Source of the DNA: a virus
Virus record (IMG/VR): IMGVR_UViG_3300042691_012617
Location: 1 to 64,000 of that record
Strand: one strand, 5' to 3'
DNA: 64,000 nucleotides
Shown in pieces: positions 34,514 to 45,492 of the stretch (position 1 is its first letter; every line of letters begins with the position of its first letter). The notes beneath the pieces are model-generated. The model was not told the DNA's origin. It was given only the letters and a program-made list of their open reading frames with translations, and made no database searches. Made by a program: the position numbers and the translations under genes.

Positions 34514-37500
34514 TTAGATCCTACCGATAGCAGTCCAACTAATTCTTCCTTCAGCAGGCCATCCACCTGAATCAGACGCTCGTTGGGCTATTACCTTTGC
34601 TCCAGTATTAGTAAGATTGGTGTATTGACCCGAAAAATCTCTGCTTTGCCAAGATGCATAGTTTCCGTTCCAACGAATTGTGACATTCATATTAAACGCC
34701 TGGACAAATGCGCGAGGGAAGGTGATGTTTGAATAGATGTTTTGATTACCACCATCGACATCTTCAGTCAAGTCTGTGGTACCCCATTGCATCAGGATGC
34801 CACCTGGTAGTTCGACCCAACCATCTTCGGCTGCAAGTGCATTTCCTTGGACTGCGGGAGTTCCTGTCTGATACCAAACAAAGCCTTCGGGATATCCAAC
34901 TGTTGTGCTTGGGCCTGTCGTGCTAACATTGAACATCGGTCGGCATGAAACTTCGCCTGTCTTGTAATCAACGACAACATTACGGCTATCAGCATCTTTC
35001 TGATTCTGATCATACAACTTGGTTGTGCCCGTGAGACCATAGTTGAGAGCAGGATACATCCGCACATTCGATGTGCTACTGCCTGTGATCATCAGCGAGT
35101 TGCTGCCCGAAAGACTGATACGGGCAGACTCATTGATAAACAAACGGTTTCCAACATAGTAATCAGCACTCACGCCACCCGCGACAATTGCATCAACGCT
35201 ATCTGCACCACCCAATCCTTGAATATTGATTGTGCCCGTAACAGTCAATGCACCGTGGAATGTATCATCCGCATCATTGCGGAGAACCTTTGCATTCGTT
35301 CGGAACTGTGCGCGATCAGCGTTCGTCAGGGTACGAGCAGCACCACCCGCAGTCGTATGATTGATGTCATAGCGGATGTAATAGTTGTCATGGTTGTGAC
35401 CCGTCAGAATCGTGGCTTGCAAACCCTTCTTCGAACGGATGATCCAATGCATACCTACATTTGGGGGAACAATATCGAATGGTGTTGGATCAACGCCTGT
35501 CCCCTGCAATCCACCTGTTTCGTTTGTTGTGCTGCCGTAGGATGTGCTGAATGCATCAGTCTGAACAACCGAGTTGAGGCTGTGAGTATGAGGTGGAATG
35601 TTGTTCTCAAGCAGAGTGACTTCTGCCTCGCCATTTACAGTTCCCAAACCAATTGCGGGGGTGATGTTTCCGCTTCCTGCCAATCCAGTTGCATTTGATA
35701 CGCCAAACACAGTCCGTCTGCGTAGATCGGGAAGGAAGAAAACGGAACGACCTGTGGTTGAACCAACTGAGCGTCCGTATACTTTTACTTCCGTATCTTC
35801 AGGAACATCGGTGAATGGGCTAGAGGTTAGTGTGACCGTGCGCTGAGATTCATTGGTGGACGCGACAATAACTGATGCGCTGCCCGTAGTCCACACAAGT
35901 CTGAGAGCATCGCCTGCTGTCAGTCCGCGTGTATCGCCATCAATCGTAACTTCGTCTGCATTTGAAACTGTCGAAATTGCATAGTGGTTGTGTCCGATTG
36001 CCGAGTAGAGATCATTCCATTCGTTCTGCGACTTAATAGAGCCATCACAGAGCAACCACCCATCAGGAATCTGATTGATTTCTCCTGCAAACGGCTGAAC
36101 CGCTCCGATGGGAGCAACCGAGCGCAGATAGACAAGATCACTTGGGGTATCGCCAACGATCACGCCCGTATAGTTGATCACATATCCCGAGTTGTATCCC
36201 GTGGCTAGGAAGACTGCCTTGCGTACTTCTCCTGCCTGAACTTCATATGCACCGCCATCGGGATCGCTGATAAGCCGACCGCCGACATCGGGGTGTAGAT
36301 AGTATGCCTGCCCTGTAGCAAGAGGATAAAGACCAGTTAGACCGCCACCATTTGTCAGACCCCTGATGAAGCCCTTGGTGACGATACTGAAGCAGTTACC
36401 ATCAACGCTTTCGACCATGCCGATGGCTTCTGCATTCGGAACTGTATTTGCCTGAGCAAATGTCAGAGAACCATCAAGATCAAAGCGAAGGACATGTCCT
36501 ACCGAGAAAGCATGCCCTGTTTGGCAGAATTGCTTTCTGATCGCATCGGTGCGAATCCAATCTTCGTGGAGTTTACCATCACCCAAAGCAACAGGAATCG
36601 ACCATGCGGTTGATGTTGTGAGTGCGTGGGCACCGTCAAGTTGATCCGCGTTGAACCACTTGACCCAATTCGTGACAGGAACATTTGGGTAAACTGCGGG
36701 GCCTGTGCTTCCTGAGTAAACCACGCCAAATGTGATTCCTGCGGCACCCGTTGCGCTGTGCCACATGCTGAGTTGTTCGCCAACCTGATACTTGGTGAAC
36801 GAGTCGCCGCTGCCGTAGTAGGTAAAGGTATCGTCTGTGCCCACTCCATATCCATATGAAGCAAACTTGGAAGAAACAATGTAGTTGCTTGAGCCAGTTA
36901 CGCCGAGATTGGTATTGCTGAAGAATCCGTTCCAATCTACTGAGCCTTCGGGAGCCGACTTCCACCAAACAAAATACTTGTCACCTGATGCACCCTTGAT
37001 GTCAAGTCCTGCGGGTTGAAGTAGGATGTCGCTATAAAAGTCTGTACCACTTGTAACGCCACCCGTTACAACGAGTGCGCTTGTGTGGGATGCGCCTGTG
37101 ACGATCATGAAACCACCCACCATGATGTCATCCACACCACCCTCACTAAAGGCACCAATACGCACGGTTCCTGTTGTTCCTGAAGGAGCAACAGACCAGT
37201 TTGCAAGAGTGCCGATTGTGGTTGCGCTTCCTGCTGTCGGATTTGCCACCGTATCGCTATAGAAGAAAGTCAGACCCGAGGCAAAAGATGTTCCTGTGAG
37301 GCTTGTTCCTGCAACCGTGAACTGGCTGAACCGAGTGTATGCCAACTCAATCAGTTTGTCTTCGATACGAAGATCATTAGAATCGACATATGAAATATCA
37401 TCGTTAACAGTTAGATTGCCGTTGACTAGAATATTTCCGTTGATTGTAAGTGTGCCATCACCATTATTGCCAAAATCAACCTCATTCGGCAACATTCGCC

Positions 37501-37918
37501 TTGCAGTTGTTCTTTTGGGTGTACCCGCTACGCCTTGTCTAGTGTCGCTGATGTCGCTGATGATGACATAATCATCTGTCTCAGGATTTGCGGTTGCTCC
37601 GTTGTTTCCAACGCCCCCTAGATCCTCAAGACGAACTGCATCAATCACTACTTTGTTATTGTTGTTGGTGAACTGAGGAACGCCGATTCCAATACCTGCA
37701 CCTGGGTGAACAGAGAGTGTAACAACACCGTTATAATAGCCACCCGAACAACCAGTTTCCTTGATTAAACCACCGCTAGTTGCTCCAACATCAACCTCAT
37801 AGACATTGATCGCATTTGTGGATGCGATCATCTCGTTCGTTCTGTCGAACCATGTGTTGAAGGTATCCGACAGGACGAGTGGCTGAATGTTGATCAGGTC
37901 TGCTGCTGTACAAGACAT
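34514..37918 (-). CDS. tail fibre protein with collar domain and gp53-like C-terminal domain
   Basis: SDTFNTWFDRTN N-terminus; PIGAVQPFAG...GWLLCDG...LPDLRRR collar; GWVELPGGILMQWG...ISWTAIG C-terminus. Confidence 0.85.
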   Translation of the reverse strand: MSCTAADLINIQPLVLSDTFNTWFDRTNEMIASTNAINVYEVDVGATSGGLIKETGCSGGYYNGVVTLSVHPGAGIGIGVPQFTNNNNKVVIDAVRLEDLGGVGNNGATANPETDDYVIISDISDTRQGVAGTPKRTTARRMLPNEVDFGNNGDGTLTINGNILVNGNLTVNDDISYVDSNDLRIEDKLIELAYTRFSQFTVAGTSLTGTSFASGLTFFYSDTVANPTAGSATTIGTLANWSVAPSGTTGTVRIGAFSEGGVDDIMVGGFMIVTGASHTSALVVTGGVTSGTDFYSDILLQPAGLDIKGASGDKYFVWWKSAPEGSVDWNGFFSNTNLGVTGSSNYIVSSKFASYGYGVGTDDTFTYYGSGDSFTKYQVGEQLSMWHSATGAAGITFGVVYSGSTGPAVYPNVPVTNWVKWFNADQLDGAHALTTSTAWSIPVALGDGKLHEDWIRTDAIRKQFCQTGHAFSVGHVLRFDLDGSLTFAQANTVPNAEAIGMVESVDGNCFSIVTKGFIRGLTNGGGLTGLYPLATGQAYYLHPDVGGRLISDPDGGAYEVQAGEVRKAVFLATGYNSGYVINYTGVIVGDTPSDLVYLRSVAPIGAVQPFAGEINQIPDGWLLCDGSIKSQNEWNDLYSAIGHNHYAISTVSNADEVTIDGDTRGLTAGDALRLVWTTGSASVIVASTNESQRTVTLTSSPFTDVPEDTEVKVYGRSVGSTTGRSVFFLPDLRRRTVFGVSNATGLAGSGNITPAIGLGTVNGEAEVTLLENNIPPHTHSLNSVVQTDAFSTSYGSTTNETGGLQGTGVDPTPFDIVPPNVGMHWIIRSKKGLQATILTGHNHDNYYIRYDINHTTAGGAARTLTNADRAQFRTNAKVLRNDADDTFHGALTVTGTINIQGLGGADSVDAIVAGGVSADYYVGNRLFINESARISLSGSNSLMITGSSTSNVRMYPALNYGLTGTTKLYDQNQKDADSRNVVVDYKTGEVSCRPMFNVSTTGPSTTVGYPEGFVWYQTGTPAVQGNALAAEDGWVELPGGILMQWGTTDLTEDVDGGNQNIYSNITFPRAFVQAFNMNVTIRWNGNYASWQSRDFSGQYTNLTNTGAKVIAQRASDSGGWPAEGRISWTAIGRI

Positions 37919-37925
37919 TGGCTAT

Positions 37926-38132
37926 TCACCGTTCCTCAATGAGTTTGGAGATGATTCCCTTGAGTTCGGACAACTCATGCTCCAACCTATTTATCCGATC
38001 CTTTTGTGCTTGGGCTTCCCGTCTGCGCCGTTCATATGCCTTGACAGAGTCCCTATCAGTAGACAGGAGGGCACCCGACCGAGTGTCCCTCACCATCTTC
38101 TCGTTCTGAACAGGAATCTTGTCTTGGCTCAT
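37926..38132 (-). CDS. small coiled-coil protein
   Basis: VRDTRSGALLSTD...LE.ELSELK; typically follows the VrlC-like gene in T4-like phages. Confidence 0.75.
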   Translation of the reverse strand: MSQDKIPVQNEKMVRDTRSGALLSTDRDSVKAYERRRREAQAQKDRINRLEHELSELKGIISKLIEER

Positions 38133-41100
38133 GTTGCGATCATCCTCAGATTGCGGACACGCGGAATGGCAGCACCATTTGGCATACCAAACATGACTAC
38201 CTTGATTGAGAAGGTCTTGAACTTGGGCAGCGTTGTGTTTCCAATGTTTGTAAAGGTCACCTCACGGAAGTCATCATCTGATGTAGACACTCCCGTATCC
38301 GTGGTGGTCAACTCAATGTAATCAACATTCTCGTAGTCATCTTCGCTTACAGGCACAGGGCGCACAAACACCTTGATAGTGGCAGCGGAGGAATTCCCCT
38401 TCTTTGGATTGCAAAGGGACATCGAAACTGTGATGTTTTCTGCTTCCATTCCACTTTCTAGGGTCACACGCTTGCTGATGTATCGGGCCTTGGTTTGGTA
38501 GTTCGGATCAATCCCGTCATTCGTTGGCTCAAGTTCACCGTTGTATCCAACACTATTAGGATCGACATCGTTTGCATTGTTGATAAGGTTGCTTACCGTC
38601 AACATGCTAGACTTCTGAGCATCAAAGACGGGGGAAGCATAACCATCGCTGTTTGCTGCCATTCTCACCCTGAGTTCTGTGAGGATACCGCCCTGAGAAG
38701 TAGAGGTCGAGAAGTTCAAATAGCCACCATCGGGAATGATGTTCTTGTTCGGAATCATCGGATCGTATGTGGTTGCAGATGAATTAAAGATCGTCTTGTA
38801 TGTCAGAGTCGAACCTTCGGGGGCGAAATCGACAGCATTCAGACGGAGTTCATTGATATCGACTGAGAGTGTCCCGCTTGCCAAAGCAGTATTCGTAAAT
38901 GTTGACTCACCGCTTCCGCTGAACTTACATACATTCAAACGGATCGCCATGGTCTCGTTGTCTGACTTGATCAACTTGCCTGTGTTCTGTGGCTTGAACA
39001 GCGATCTCATGAGTGGCTGTTTGCTGACCAAGATCTTCGGGTCTTCTTCGGAAGCACGGAGAATCGTGTTTCCGATTGTTCCTGTAAAGAGGCTGAAGTT
39101 AGAAGAGTTGGAAGACACACAGATTGCGTATTCTTTCCCTGGCAACAAGTAGACAGGCGACGAGAATGCAAAATTCGTTTCGCCTTCGTTTCCTGCGGTA
39201 ATTAGATCCGCAACATCGATGTCGGCTGAATACTTGACTGCTGTTGCGAAAGGAAGAACCTTCGACGGATGTGGGTAGCCCGAGAGAGTTGGGCGAACTT
39301 GTACTGTGACAGGAATTGTTCCAAGCGTATCCTTCGTGTTGAAGTAGAGATCGACTGACTTCAGGAAGATGCCACTTGGATACTTCGTAGGATCGACATA
39401 GAAAGTCTGAGAGATTGGATCTGAATAGCCACGAATTTCCCCCGCCTTCGTCATGACTTCCGTCAGATTTGATACCACCTTCTCCGACTTGACTGACTTT
39501 CTACGAGTCTCAAGTACGCGAGTGGAGAGTTGATTCTCCTCACCGACCGAGTCATAAGCACCTTCTACTGCGTAGGTTGCCTCAGCCGCCATCGTTGAAT
39601 TCGAAACAGAGTCAATGTTCGACACATCGGTGATTCGAATGTTGTGGCGACCAACAAGGAAGTTCTGCTCGTATTGTCCCGAAGTCTGATTGATGGAGTT
39701 AAAGAGGAGGTTTGTCGATACCTCTCCATACTCGTTGGTAACTTGGCTACCACCTGTGCAGTATGCCGTCACATTGATATCGTCACAGAACACATAGAAG
39801 GTCGTGCTTGGCTTCAATCCCTTTGCATTCAGCGAAATCGTCTGCTCACGGGCAATTGGAAGAACATCACGGGCAACAGTCTTGTTGGCAATAATCTTCT
39901 TCATGCTTTCGGGTGCGATAGAAGAATTGATCGCGTTGACCGATAGACCCTCAGACTTGGCAGAAAGCAACTTGTTTCTGCTCAGGTTCGGACGGCTGTT
40001 CTTGTTGTTGAGGTTCTGCTTGCCAAACCAAATCGACTCCCAATCGTTGAATCGGGTGCCGAATCCATAGTTGGCGTTCTGCTCCCAATTGTCGTTCTCG
40101 CCCTCAACATTGACACGCACCTTCGGCTGCTTGGTATCGTCGTACCAAGTGTCCGATGATGGGCTGAGTGAGAGGGTGCCCATGTAATTGATCACATTGA
40201 ACGGATTGATGATCGTGGACTCACTTGCCAAGAGATGAGAAATCTCAGCCGACTGTGTGTAGTTCAGCGTGTAGATACCATCCTGAGTGTTTCCTGTCAG
40301 GTTTCCGCTGTGCGAAGTCAACCCATATGCGCGAGTGAAGAACGGCGGTCTGAGTTCATTGTTCTCGTAGTCAACGCTTGCAGCAAACATCGGATCAGCA
40401 TTGTCGGCAACTGCGTGTCCCTTGAACTGATCGACCAAGATGCCGCGCTTTGGCATTTCATCGCCGTTTTCGTCACGGACGCTCTTTGCCTTGGCTTCTT
40501 GCTCCAAAAGGCTAAGAGTCGTATAGTATTCAACCGCTTCGATGCGCTTCTCAAGATCTCCGATATCGCGCATTGTGTAACGCTTGTTCTCGACATAACG
40601 AACAGATGCATCGTCGCTGCTGAATGTGTATGGATTGACCTGTACGGTGTACAAAGTCATCGCATTCGGATCATCCGATGGGATCTCTGCGTTCAAAGAA
40701 GGCACACCCGAAATCACCGTGAAGTTACGGTCACGGGTGATTGCAATCTTGTCTGTGCGCGGGAGATAGTGAATGTACGAGAATGTGTTGTCGTTCGCAG
40801 ACGAGTTTGAGGGAATCCAAGGTGTACCCTTAGTATCACCGCTCAGGCTGCGATCAGGGCGGAAGTCGATGCAGTCGCGCAACTTGTACTGCACACCATT
40901 AGCCTTGCTCGTATATGTCGGAATCGACTCGTAGTCGCTGTAAGAATCAACCGTGTATGCCCCATAAGTGCCGCTGTGGCTGTAATACCTGACTGTAGCC
41001 GAGAATGGCCCTGTGACTCCCGTTGTTCCTGCAACCATGTACAGGCGCGACCAATCGTAGAACGAATCGCGCTGCCCGTTGTCAAAATTGAAATAGGGAA

Positions 41101-43066
41101 GCAGATTGACTCCGCTGCTTGCTCCCTTGGTTCCTGTGAGAGATAGGACTTCGATGACATCTGTGTATCCGTTTAGATACAAGGTGTCTGAAGTGGATCC
41201 ACGGCCGTCACCCGTCAAAGTCGATCCCCATGCCCCCGTGAGCGTGAGATTTTGTGTCGTAAGCGTCTTGTCTCTTTTGAATGTTGTCATTGATGTGAGG
41301 TCATTGATCGGTTCTTGAACCGAATATGAATACACATTCAATCCTGCAATCGCATTAGTAACTGTTACCGAGAGTTTTTCTCTGTTTGGTGCTACGGCAG
41401 CGGCGGTTCCTGACAGCACACGACCGTTTCCATCAAACACGACAATGTCATCATCAGGAAGAGTTACAGTATCGTTCAGCGGGAAACGCATTCCGCTATA
41501 AGCATTGAACTCATATGTGAAGGACGCTGAAGGAGCGACTGCTTCCTTGTGATATCCAACGATTGCGTAATCACCTTGTGTGAAGGCGGTAACGCCCGAT
41601 CCTTCGGGTACTTGATAAAGAAGACTTGCCTGACCTTCATTCTCCAATCCACTTGTTCCCGTGAGGGTAAACATGTGGGCTGTAATTCCCTTGATGTGAA
41701 TTCGCGTAGTGTCTTCAAACGATCCTGTTCCCGAAAGATAGATGTCGTAGAGCGACAAATTGAATACATTGGTAGCGTAAGGATCCAATGAACGGATTCT
41801 TGCCGTTCCGAGTTGGTCAATCGCCGCTCCGCTTGCGCCGCGAGAGAGAATCACCTGTGGGTGTGCCGCAAGATCGGTGATGCTGTTGAAGGATCCTGTG
41901 ATCCCTGAAAGCACTACCTTTGTGTAAGGCCCGATGCTTCTTGTAAAGTCACGATTCACCTCGCGGGTCGTGCGGGCGCACGGGATGTTCAACTTGGTCT
42001 TACCCTGAGTCTCAAACTCATAACCGAAGACATATGCCTTGCCTTGGCTCAGTTCTGCCTTGAGAACCTGTGTTGCCCCGCTTGCTGTTGGGCCTTTGAG
42101 CGTGAGTTCGAACGGAGTGACTGTATAGTTACCCGACTCATCATATGTACGACGAGCAAGAGTGTCTTCTAGGACAGCATAGTCAGGGTACTTTTCAACC
42201 TTGACGATGTCACCTTCAACCACGCGCATGAATTCGACAAATCCAACACGCGAGAAGTTTTCGACAGCGTCAGTATCCGTTGCCGTAAATCCGTGCTGTG
42301 TGATGTCAAGTTCAATTGCAAAGCGATCCGACCCAGGTGCTGCGTAGTTGTAGAAACCGAATGCAGGGTCGTTCAGGCTTGTATCGTCTGTGGCTGTCAC
42401 AAAAGACTTGTTGACGCTGAATCCGATTCGGGTTGTTGGATTGGAGTAATCGCGGATCTTGTTTCCCGCAGAACCCGTCAGTTGATATGCGCCAATCGAC
42501 TGTGCATCATTCAGGACGAAATAGCCTTCAATGAAACGAACACCGCGATCTACAGACGCAACCAACGCATCACCCAAGTAGCAACAGGACGGGCCTGTAA
42601 TCGATGCTGTAATTCCCACTCCGTTTGCTGCGGTTGCCGAAATCAAATCGTTCGCAGCAAACTGAGTTCCGCCTTCCATATACTCAAAGAACAGAACGCT
42701 TGTGTTGTTTTCTACTGCGCTGCCTGATAGTCCGCTTTCTGCATGTACAACACGCGCCCGTGCCTTTCCTGCTGCGCTGATGACCGACCCAACAAAGTCA
42801 TCGGGACTCTCCAAACCACCCAATGCAACCTTTGCATACTTGACTCGATTTTCGCTGATCTGACCATCAAGTACGATGCTTCCTTCTTCAAACACATGGG
42901 AGCCAAAACGCTCAATTTGGTTCTGAAGGAGGCTTTGAATTTGCGTGAGTTCTCTTGCCTGAACACCATACCCAGGACGGAACATCAAACGAAGGAACTT
43001 CTTGTCCTCCGAGAAGTCATCATAATAGGGGTCTACATTGAACAGGCTAGGGTCGTATGACGGCAT
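38129..43066 (-). CDS. large baseplate/virion structural protein (VrlC/DUF4815-like)
   Basis: PYYDDF..DKKFLRLMFRPGYGVQARELTQIQS, LARRTYDESGNY and KRYTMRDIGDLEKRI. Confidence 0.9.
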   Translation of the reverse strand: MPSYDPSLFNVDPYYDDFSEDKKFLRLMFRPGYGVQARELTQIQSLLQNQIERFGSHVFEEGSIVLDGQISENRVKYAKVALGGLESPDDFVGSVISAAGKARARVVHAESGLSGSAVENNTSVLFFEYMEGGTQFAANDLISATAANGVGITASITGPSCCYLGDALVASVDRGVRFIEGYFVLNDAQSIGAYQLTGSAGNKIRDYSNPTTRIGFSVNKSFVTATDDTSLNDPAFGFYNYAAPGSDRFAIELDITQHGFTATDTDAVENFSRVGFVEFMRVVEGDIVKVEKYPDYAVLEDTLARRTYDESGNYTVTPFELTLKGPTASGATQVLKAELSQGKAYVFGYEFETQGKTKLNIPCARTTREVNRDFTRSIGPYTKVVLSGITGSFNSITDLAAHPQVILSRGASGAAIDQLGTARIRSLDPYATNVFNLSLYDIYLSGTGSFEDTTRIHIKGITAHMFTLTGTSGLENEGQASLLYQVPEGSGVTAFTQGDYAIVGYHKEAVAPSASFTYEFNAYSGMRFPLNDTVTLPDDDIVVFDGNGRVLSGTAAAVAPNREKLSVTVTNAIAGLNVYSYSVQEPINDLTSMTTFKRDKTLTTQNLTLTGAWGSTLTGDGRGSTSDTLYLNGYTDVIEVLSLTGTKGASSGVNLLPYFNFDNGQRDSFYDWSRLYMVAGTTGVTGPFSATVRYYSHSGTYGAYTVDSYSDYESIPTYTSKANGVQYKLRDCIDFRPDRSLSGDTKGTPWIPSNSSANDNTFSYIHYLPRTDKIAITRDRNFTVISGVPSLNAEIPSDDPNAMTLYTVQVNPYTFSSDDASVRYVENKRYTMRDIGDLEKRIEAVEYYTTLSLLEQEAKAKSVRDENGDEMPKRGILVDQFKGHAVADNADPMFAASVDYENNELRPPFFTRAYGLTSHSGNLTGNTQDGIYTLNYTQSAEISHLLASESTIINPFNVINYMGTLSLSPSSDTWYDDTKQPKVRVNVEGENDNWEQNANYGFGTRFNDWESIWFGKQNLNNKNSRPNLSRNKLLSAKSEGLSVNAINSSIAPESMKKIIANKTVARDVLPIAREQTISLNAKGLKPSTTFYVFCDDINVTAYCTGGSQVTNEYGEVSTNLLFNSINQTSGQYEQNFLVGRHNIRITDVSNIDSVSNSTMAAEATYAVEGAYDSVGEENQLSTRVLETRRKSVKSEKVVSNLTEVMTKAGEIRGYSDPISQTFYVDPTKYPSGIFLKSVDLYFNTKDTLGTIPVTVQVRPTLSGYPHPSKVLPFATAVKYSADIDVADLITAGNEGETNFAFSSPVYLLPGKEYAICVSSNSSNFSLFTGTIGNTILRASEEDPKILVSKQPLMRSLFKPQNTGKLIKSDNETMAIRLNVCKFSGSGESTFTNTALASGTLSVDINELRLNAVDFAPEGSTLTYKTIFNSSATTYDPMIPNKNIIPDGGYLNFSTSTSQGGILTELRVRMAANSDGYASPVFDAQKSSMLTVSNLINNANDVDPNSVGYNGELEPTNDGIDPNYQTKARYISKRVTLESGMEAENITVSMSLCNPKKGNSSAATIKVFVRPVPVSEDDYENVDYIELTTTDTGVSTSDDDFREVTFTNIGNTTLPKFKTFSIKVVMFGMPNGAAIPRVRNLRMIAT

Positions 43067-43078
43067 TTGCTTTCCTCA

Positions 43079-45478
43079 TCAGAAGTCGATAACGATCTTG
43101 ATCTCTTCCTTTTGCTCAAAACCGCGTTGAATCGGCTTCATATTCTGTATGTATAGGGTCTCTCCCGAGCGATACTGGAGTTCGCCCGTATGGACAATTT
43201 GTTGGACTTGGGCAGATGCCGTGGTCGAACTATCGACATAATACGGCGTTGTCATCCCAACATAGAACTTGCCCTGTGTTCCCGTGACACGCAGAATGCC
43301 TGTGGTGCCCGAAGACCCCGCAGACCAATCCATGACATATCCGTTTGCAGATCCCGTGCTGCCATATGCAAACAGAGTGTAATCATCCTCTGCAAACGAG
43401 ACAGAATCGAATTTATTGTTTCCGTCATACTGCATGACGAGCGATGTTGTTTGGTCATAAACGCTGCCACCGTCTGTCGATGTTGGAACGCCGCTTCGGC
43501 AGCACTCTGAATGAGCCGTCAGGGAACGAATAACGCTATCGATTGCTGTAATTTCTGCAACGCCGCTGAGTCCTGTGCCCACAAATCCACCGTAGAGCGG
43601 TGTTACTTGAGTAAGTCGTTCTCCTTGCTTGAAGGTGCCTTGTGGTTCCTCCAAATACAGGTACCCCGACTTGTTCGAACCCAAGGAAGGCTCCCATGCA
43701 TAGACTTCTCCCGAAGCACGGGAGGGGGACATTGATGTCTCGTAGTCGCCAACTCCGATTGCGATATAACCTTCGGTGAAATCAACTCCACTTCCCGAGA
43801 ATGCAGTATTAGTTGGTGCTACCCGCAAGCGAAGCAAACGGCGACCTTCTGTTCCCGCGACTGTCTTCTCCCGAACATTCATAATTGTCAAGCCATTGAC
43901 ATTTCCACCAAACTTGAAGTCGCCATTTCTGATGTTCGTAAGTACTAGTTCGCTTGTTCCGCTCTGACCTGATGCACCGCTGCGCCAAGAAACAACCTTG
44001 CCATAAGCACCGCTGTATCCTGCCCCTGTTGCCTGTTGTGCTGTTGCACCCGCCACAAACGATCCTGACACCCCGCTGCCATAGAAGTTGAGCCGAACAT
44101 GCTTCTCCTCTAGAAGTGGATTCAGAAGCAATCCAAACTGACGATATTCATTCTCGGTACTGACCTTGTCGTTCTCGCTGCGGAAGTAGTCCTTGACGAT
44201 CATGATGGATGATGCGCCCAACTCCTTGACAGGGTTTGATCCATGACCATTTGGGGGAGACATGACAGGCTCTGCCAAGTCATCCAAATTGACCTTACCT
44301 GTAGGAACATCAAGACCCTTCACGAACTCAAACGAGGCAAATGTATAGTTTTTGCCCCCATCGACAAGTTCGATGGAATCGATCAGTCGAATGGACTCAA
44401 AGAATTCCGTGCAAGAAGTGACCCCATTTGTAGCCAAAACATCGGATCCCGCAGTCAGCCCGAAACGAACTGAAACTTCCGCGCTTGTTGCATATGGGTT
44501 TGATGAGTTGTTGTTTGCCTCGCCATCGCCCACGACCTTGATGTAAGGGACGATGGAGAATGTGCTTGGACTGCCACCACCCGATACGCTAGCCGAGAAT
44601 GGATCCGCAACCGTGACGAATGCTGAACTTCCGTCCGTGGGCGTGAACGATGTGATCACTCGTCGCTGACCCAAGCCCTGTCCATTATCAATCGACAGAA
44701 CCATGTCTTCATAGTATCCCTCTTGTAGGAAGAGGAACTTGGAAGCCAAAGTAATGCCTGTTGTTCCTTCACCAACATCGGCAACAACTGTATTGCTAGC
44801 AGAAGGAAATACGCAGTTTGTCGATACCACGAATGGCTGAACATCCGTATTCATCTTGACATATGCAATTTCACCATCAACTGCGTCCTCTTGAACGCGC
44901 CATTGAAGGATTCGTTCGTCATTTGTCCGAAGGTATTCCACAAATTCAACTGGCATGTAGCCAATTGTGTCGCCCTGAGTCCGCGTCAGGAACTTGCGCT
45001 TTGATTCGGGGATCTGATACAGGAACTTCCAACGGTAACCATCAGAGAGCCGTCGAATGCGCGAGTCCGTGTGCAGGGGTGCAACCAAGGATGGGGAGCC
45101 GCTTGCATTGTCGATGCACTTGTACACTCGCTCTTCGTCAACCAATGCATAGAATGGAGCAGGATTCAGATCGTCAAAGAGATCGATGTTGTCCCGATAC
45201 GCAGTATAGACGGCACCAGGTGTCCAATCGTACCGACGAACTACAAGAGACACATCCGTTCTGTCGATTCGCTTATGTGCGAAGATCCCTCGCCAAAAGT
45301 CCGTGTCATCTTTTACGCTATCAACGCTGCGGGGCGGGTTCTCGTCATCTGTCCAAGAAACAACCTTGCCGATTGAAAGAAACAGATTGTTCTCATCAAC
45401 ATCTCCATAGATGTCGAGCAGAGACTCAGCGGCGATGCGCTTGTGGTTTTGACGAAATGGGTCGCAGGATCCTGCCAT
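43079..45478 (-). CDS. gp8: baseplate wedge subunit (gp8-like)
   Basis: RRYDWTPG, RVYKCIDN, DGYRWKFLY, PPNGHGSNP..ELG and QKEEIKIVIDF. Confidence 0.9.
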   Translation of the reverse strand: MAGSCDPFRQNHKRIAAESLLDIYGDVDENNLFLSIGKVVSWTDDENPPRSVDSVKDDTDFWRGIFAHKRIDRTDVSLVVRRYDWTPGAVYTAYRDNIDLFDDLNPAPFYALVDEERVYKCIDNASGSPSLVAPLHTDSRIRRLSDGYRWKFLYQIPESKRKFLTRTQGDTIGYMPVEFVEYLRTNDERILQWRVQEDAVDGEIAYVKMNTDVQPFVVSTNCVFPSASNTVVADVGEGTTGITLASKFLFLQEGYYEDMVLSIDNGQGLGQRRVITSFTPTDGSSAFVTVADPFSASVSGGGSPSTFSIVPYIKVVGDGEANNNSSNPYATSAEVSVRFGLTAGSDVLATNGVTSCTEFFESIRLIDSIELVDGGKNYTFASFEFVKGLDVPTGKVNLDDLAEPVMSPPNGHGSNPVKELGASSIMIVKDYFRSENDKVSTENEYRQFGLLLNPLLEEKHVRLNFYGSGVSGSFVAGATAQQATGAGYSGAYGKVVSWRSGASGQSGTSELVLTNIRNGDFKFGGNVNGLTIMNVREKTVAGTEGRRLLRLRVAPTNTAFSGSGVDFTEGYIAIGVGDYETSMSPSRASGEVYAWEPSLGSNKSGYLYLEEPQGTFKQGERLTQVTPLYGGFVGTGLSGVAEITAIDSVIRSLTAHSECCRSGVPTSTDGGSVYDQTTSLVMQYDGNNKFDSVSFAEDDYTLFAYGSTGSANGYVMDWSAGSSGTTGILRVTGTQGKFYVGMTTPYYVDSSTTASAQVQQIVHTGELQYRSGETLYIQNMKPIQRGFEQKEEIKIVIDF

Positions 45479-45485
45479 TGCTTTG

Positions 45486-45492
45486 TATTTAG
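45486..45492 (-). promoter_or_regulatory. late promoter CTAAATA
   Basis: 7 nt upstream of ATG 45478. Confidence 0.7.
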
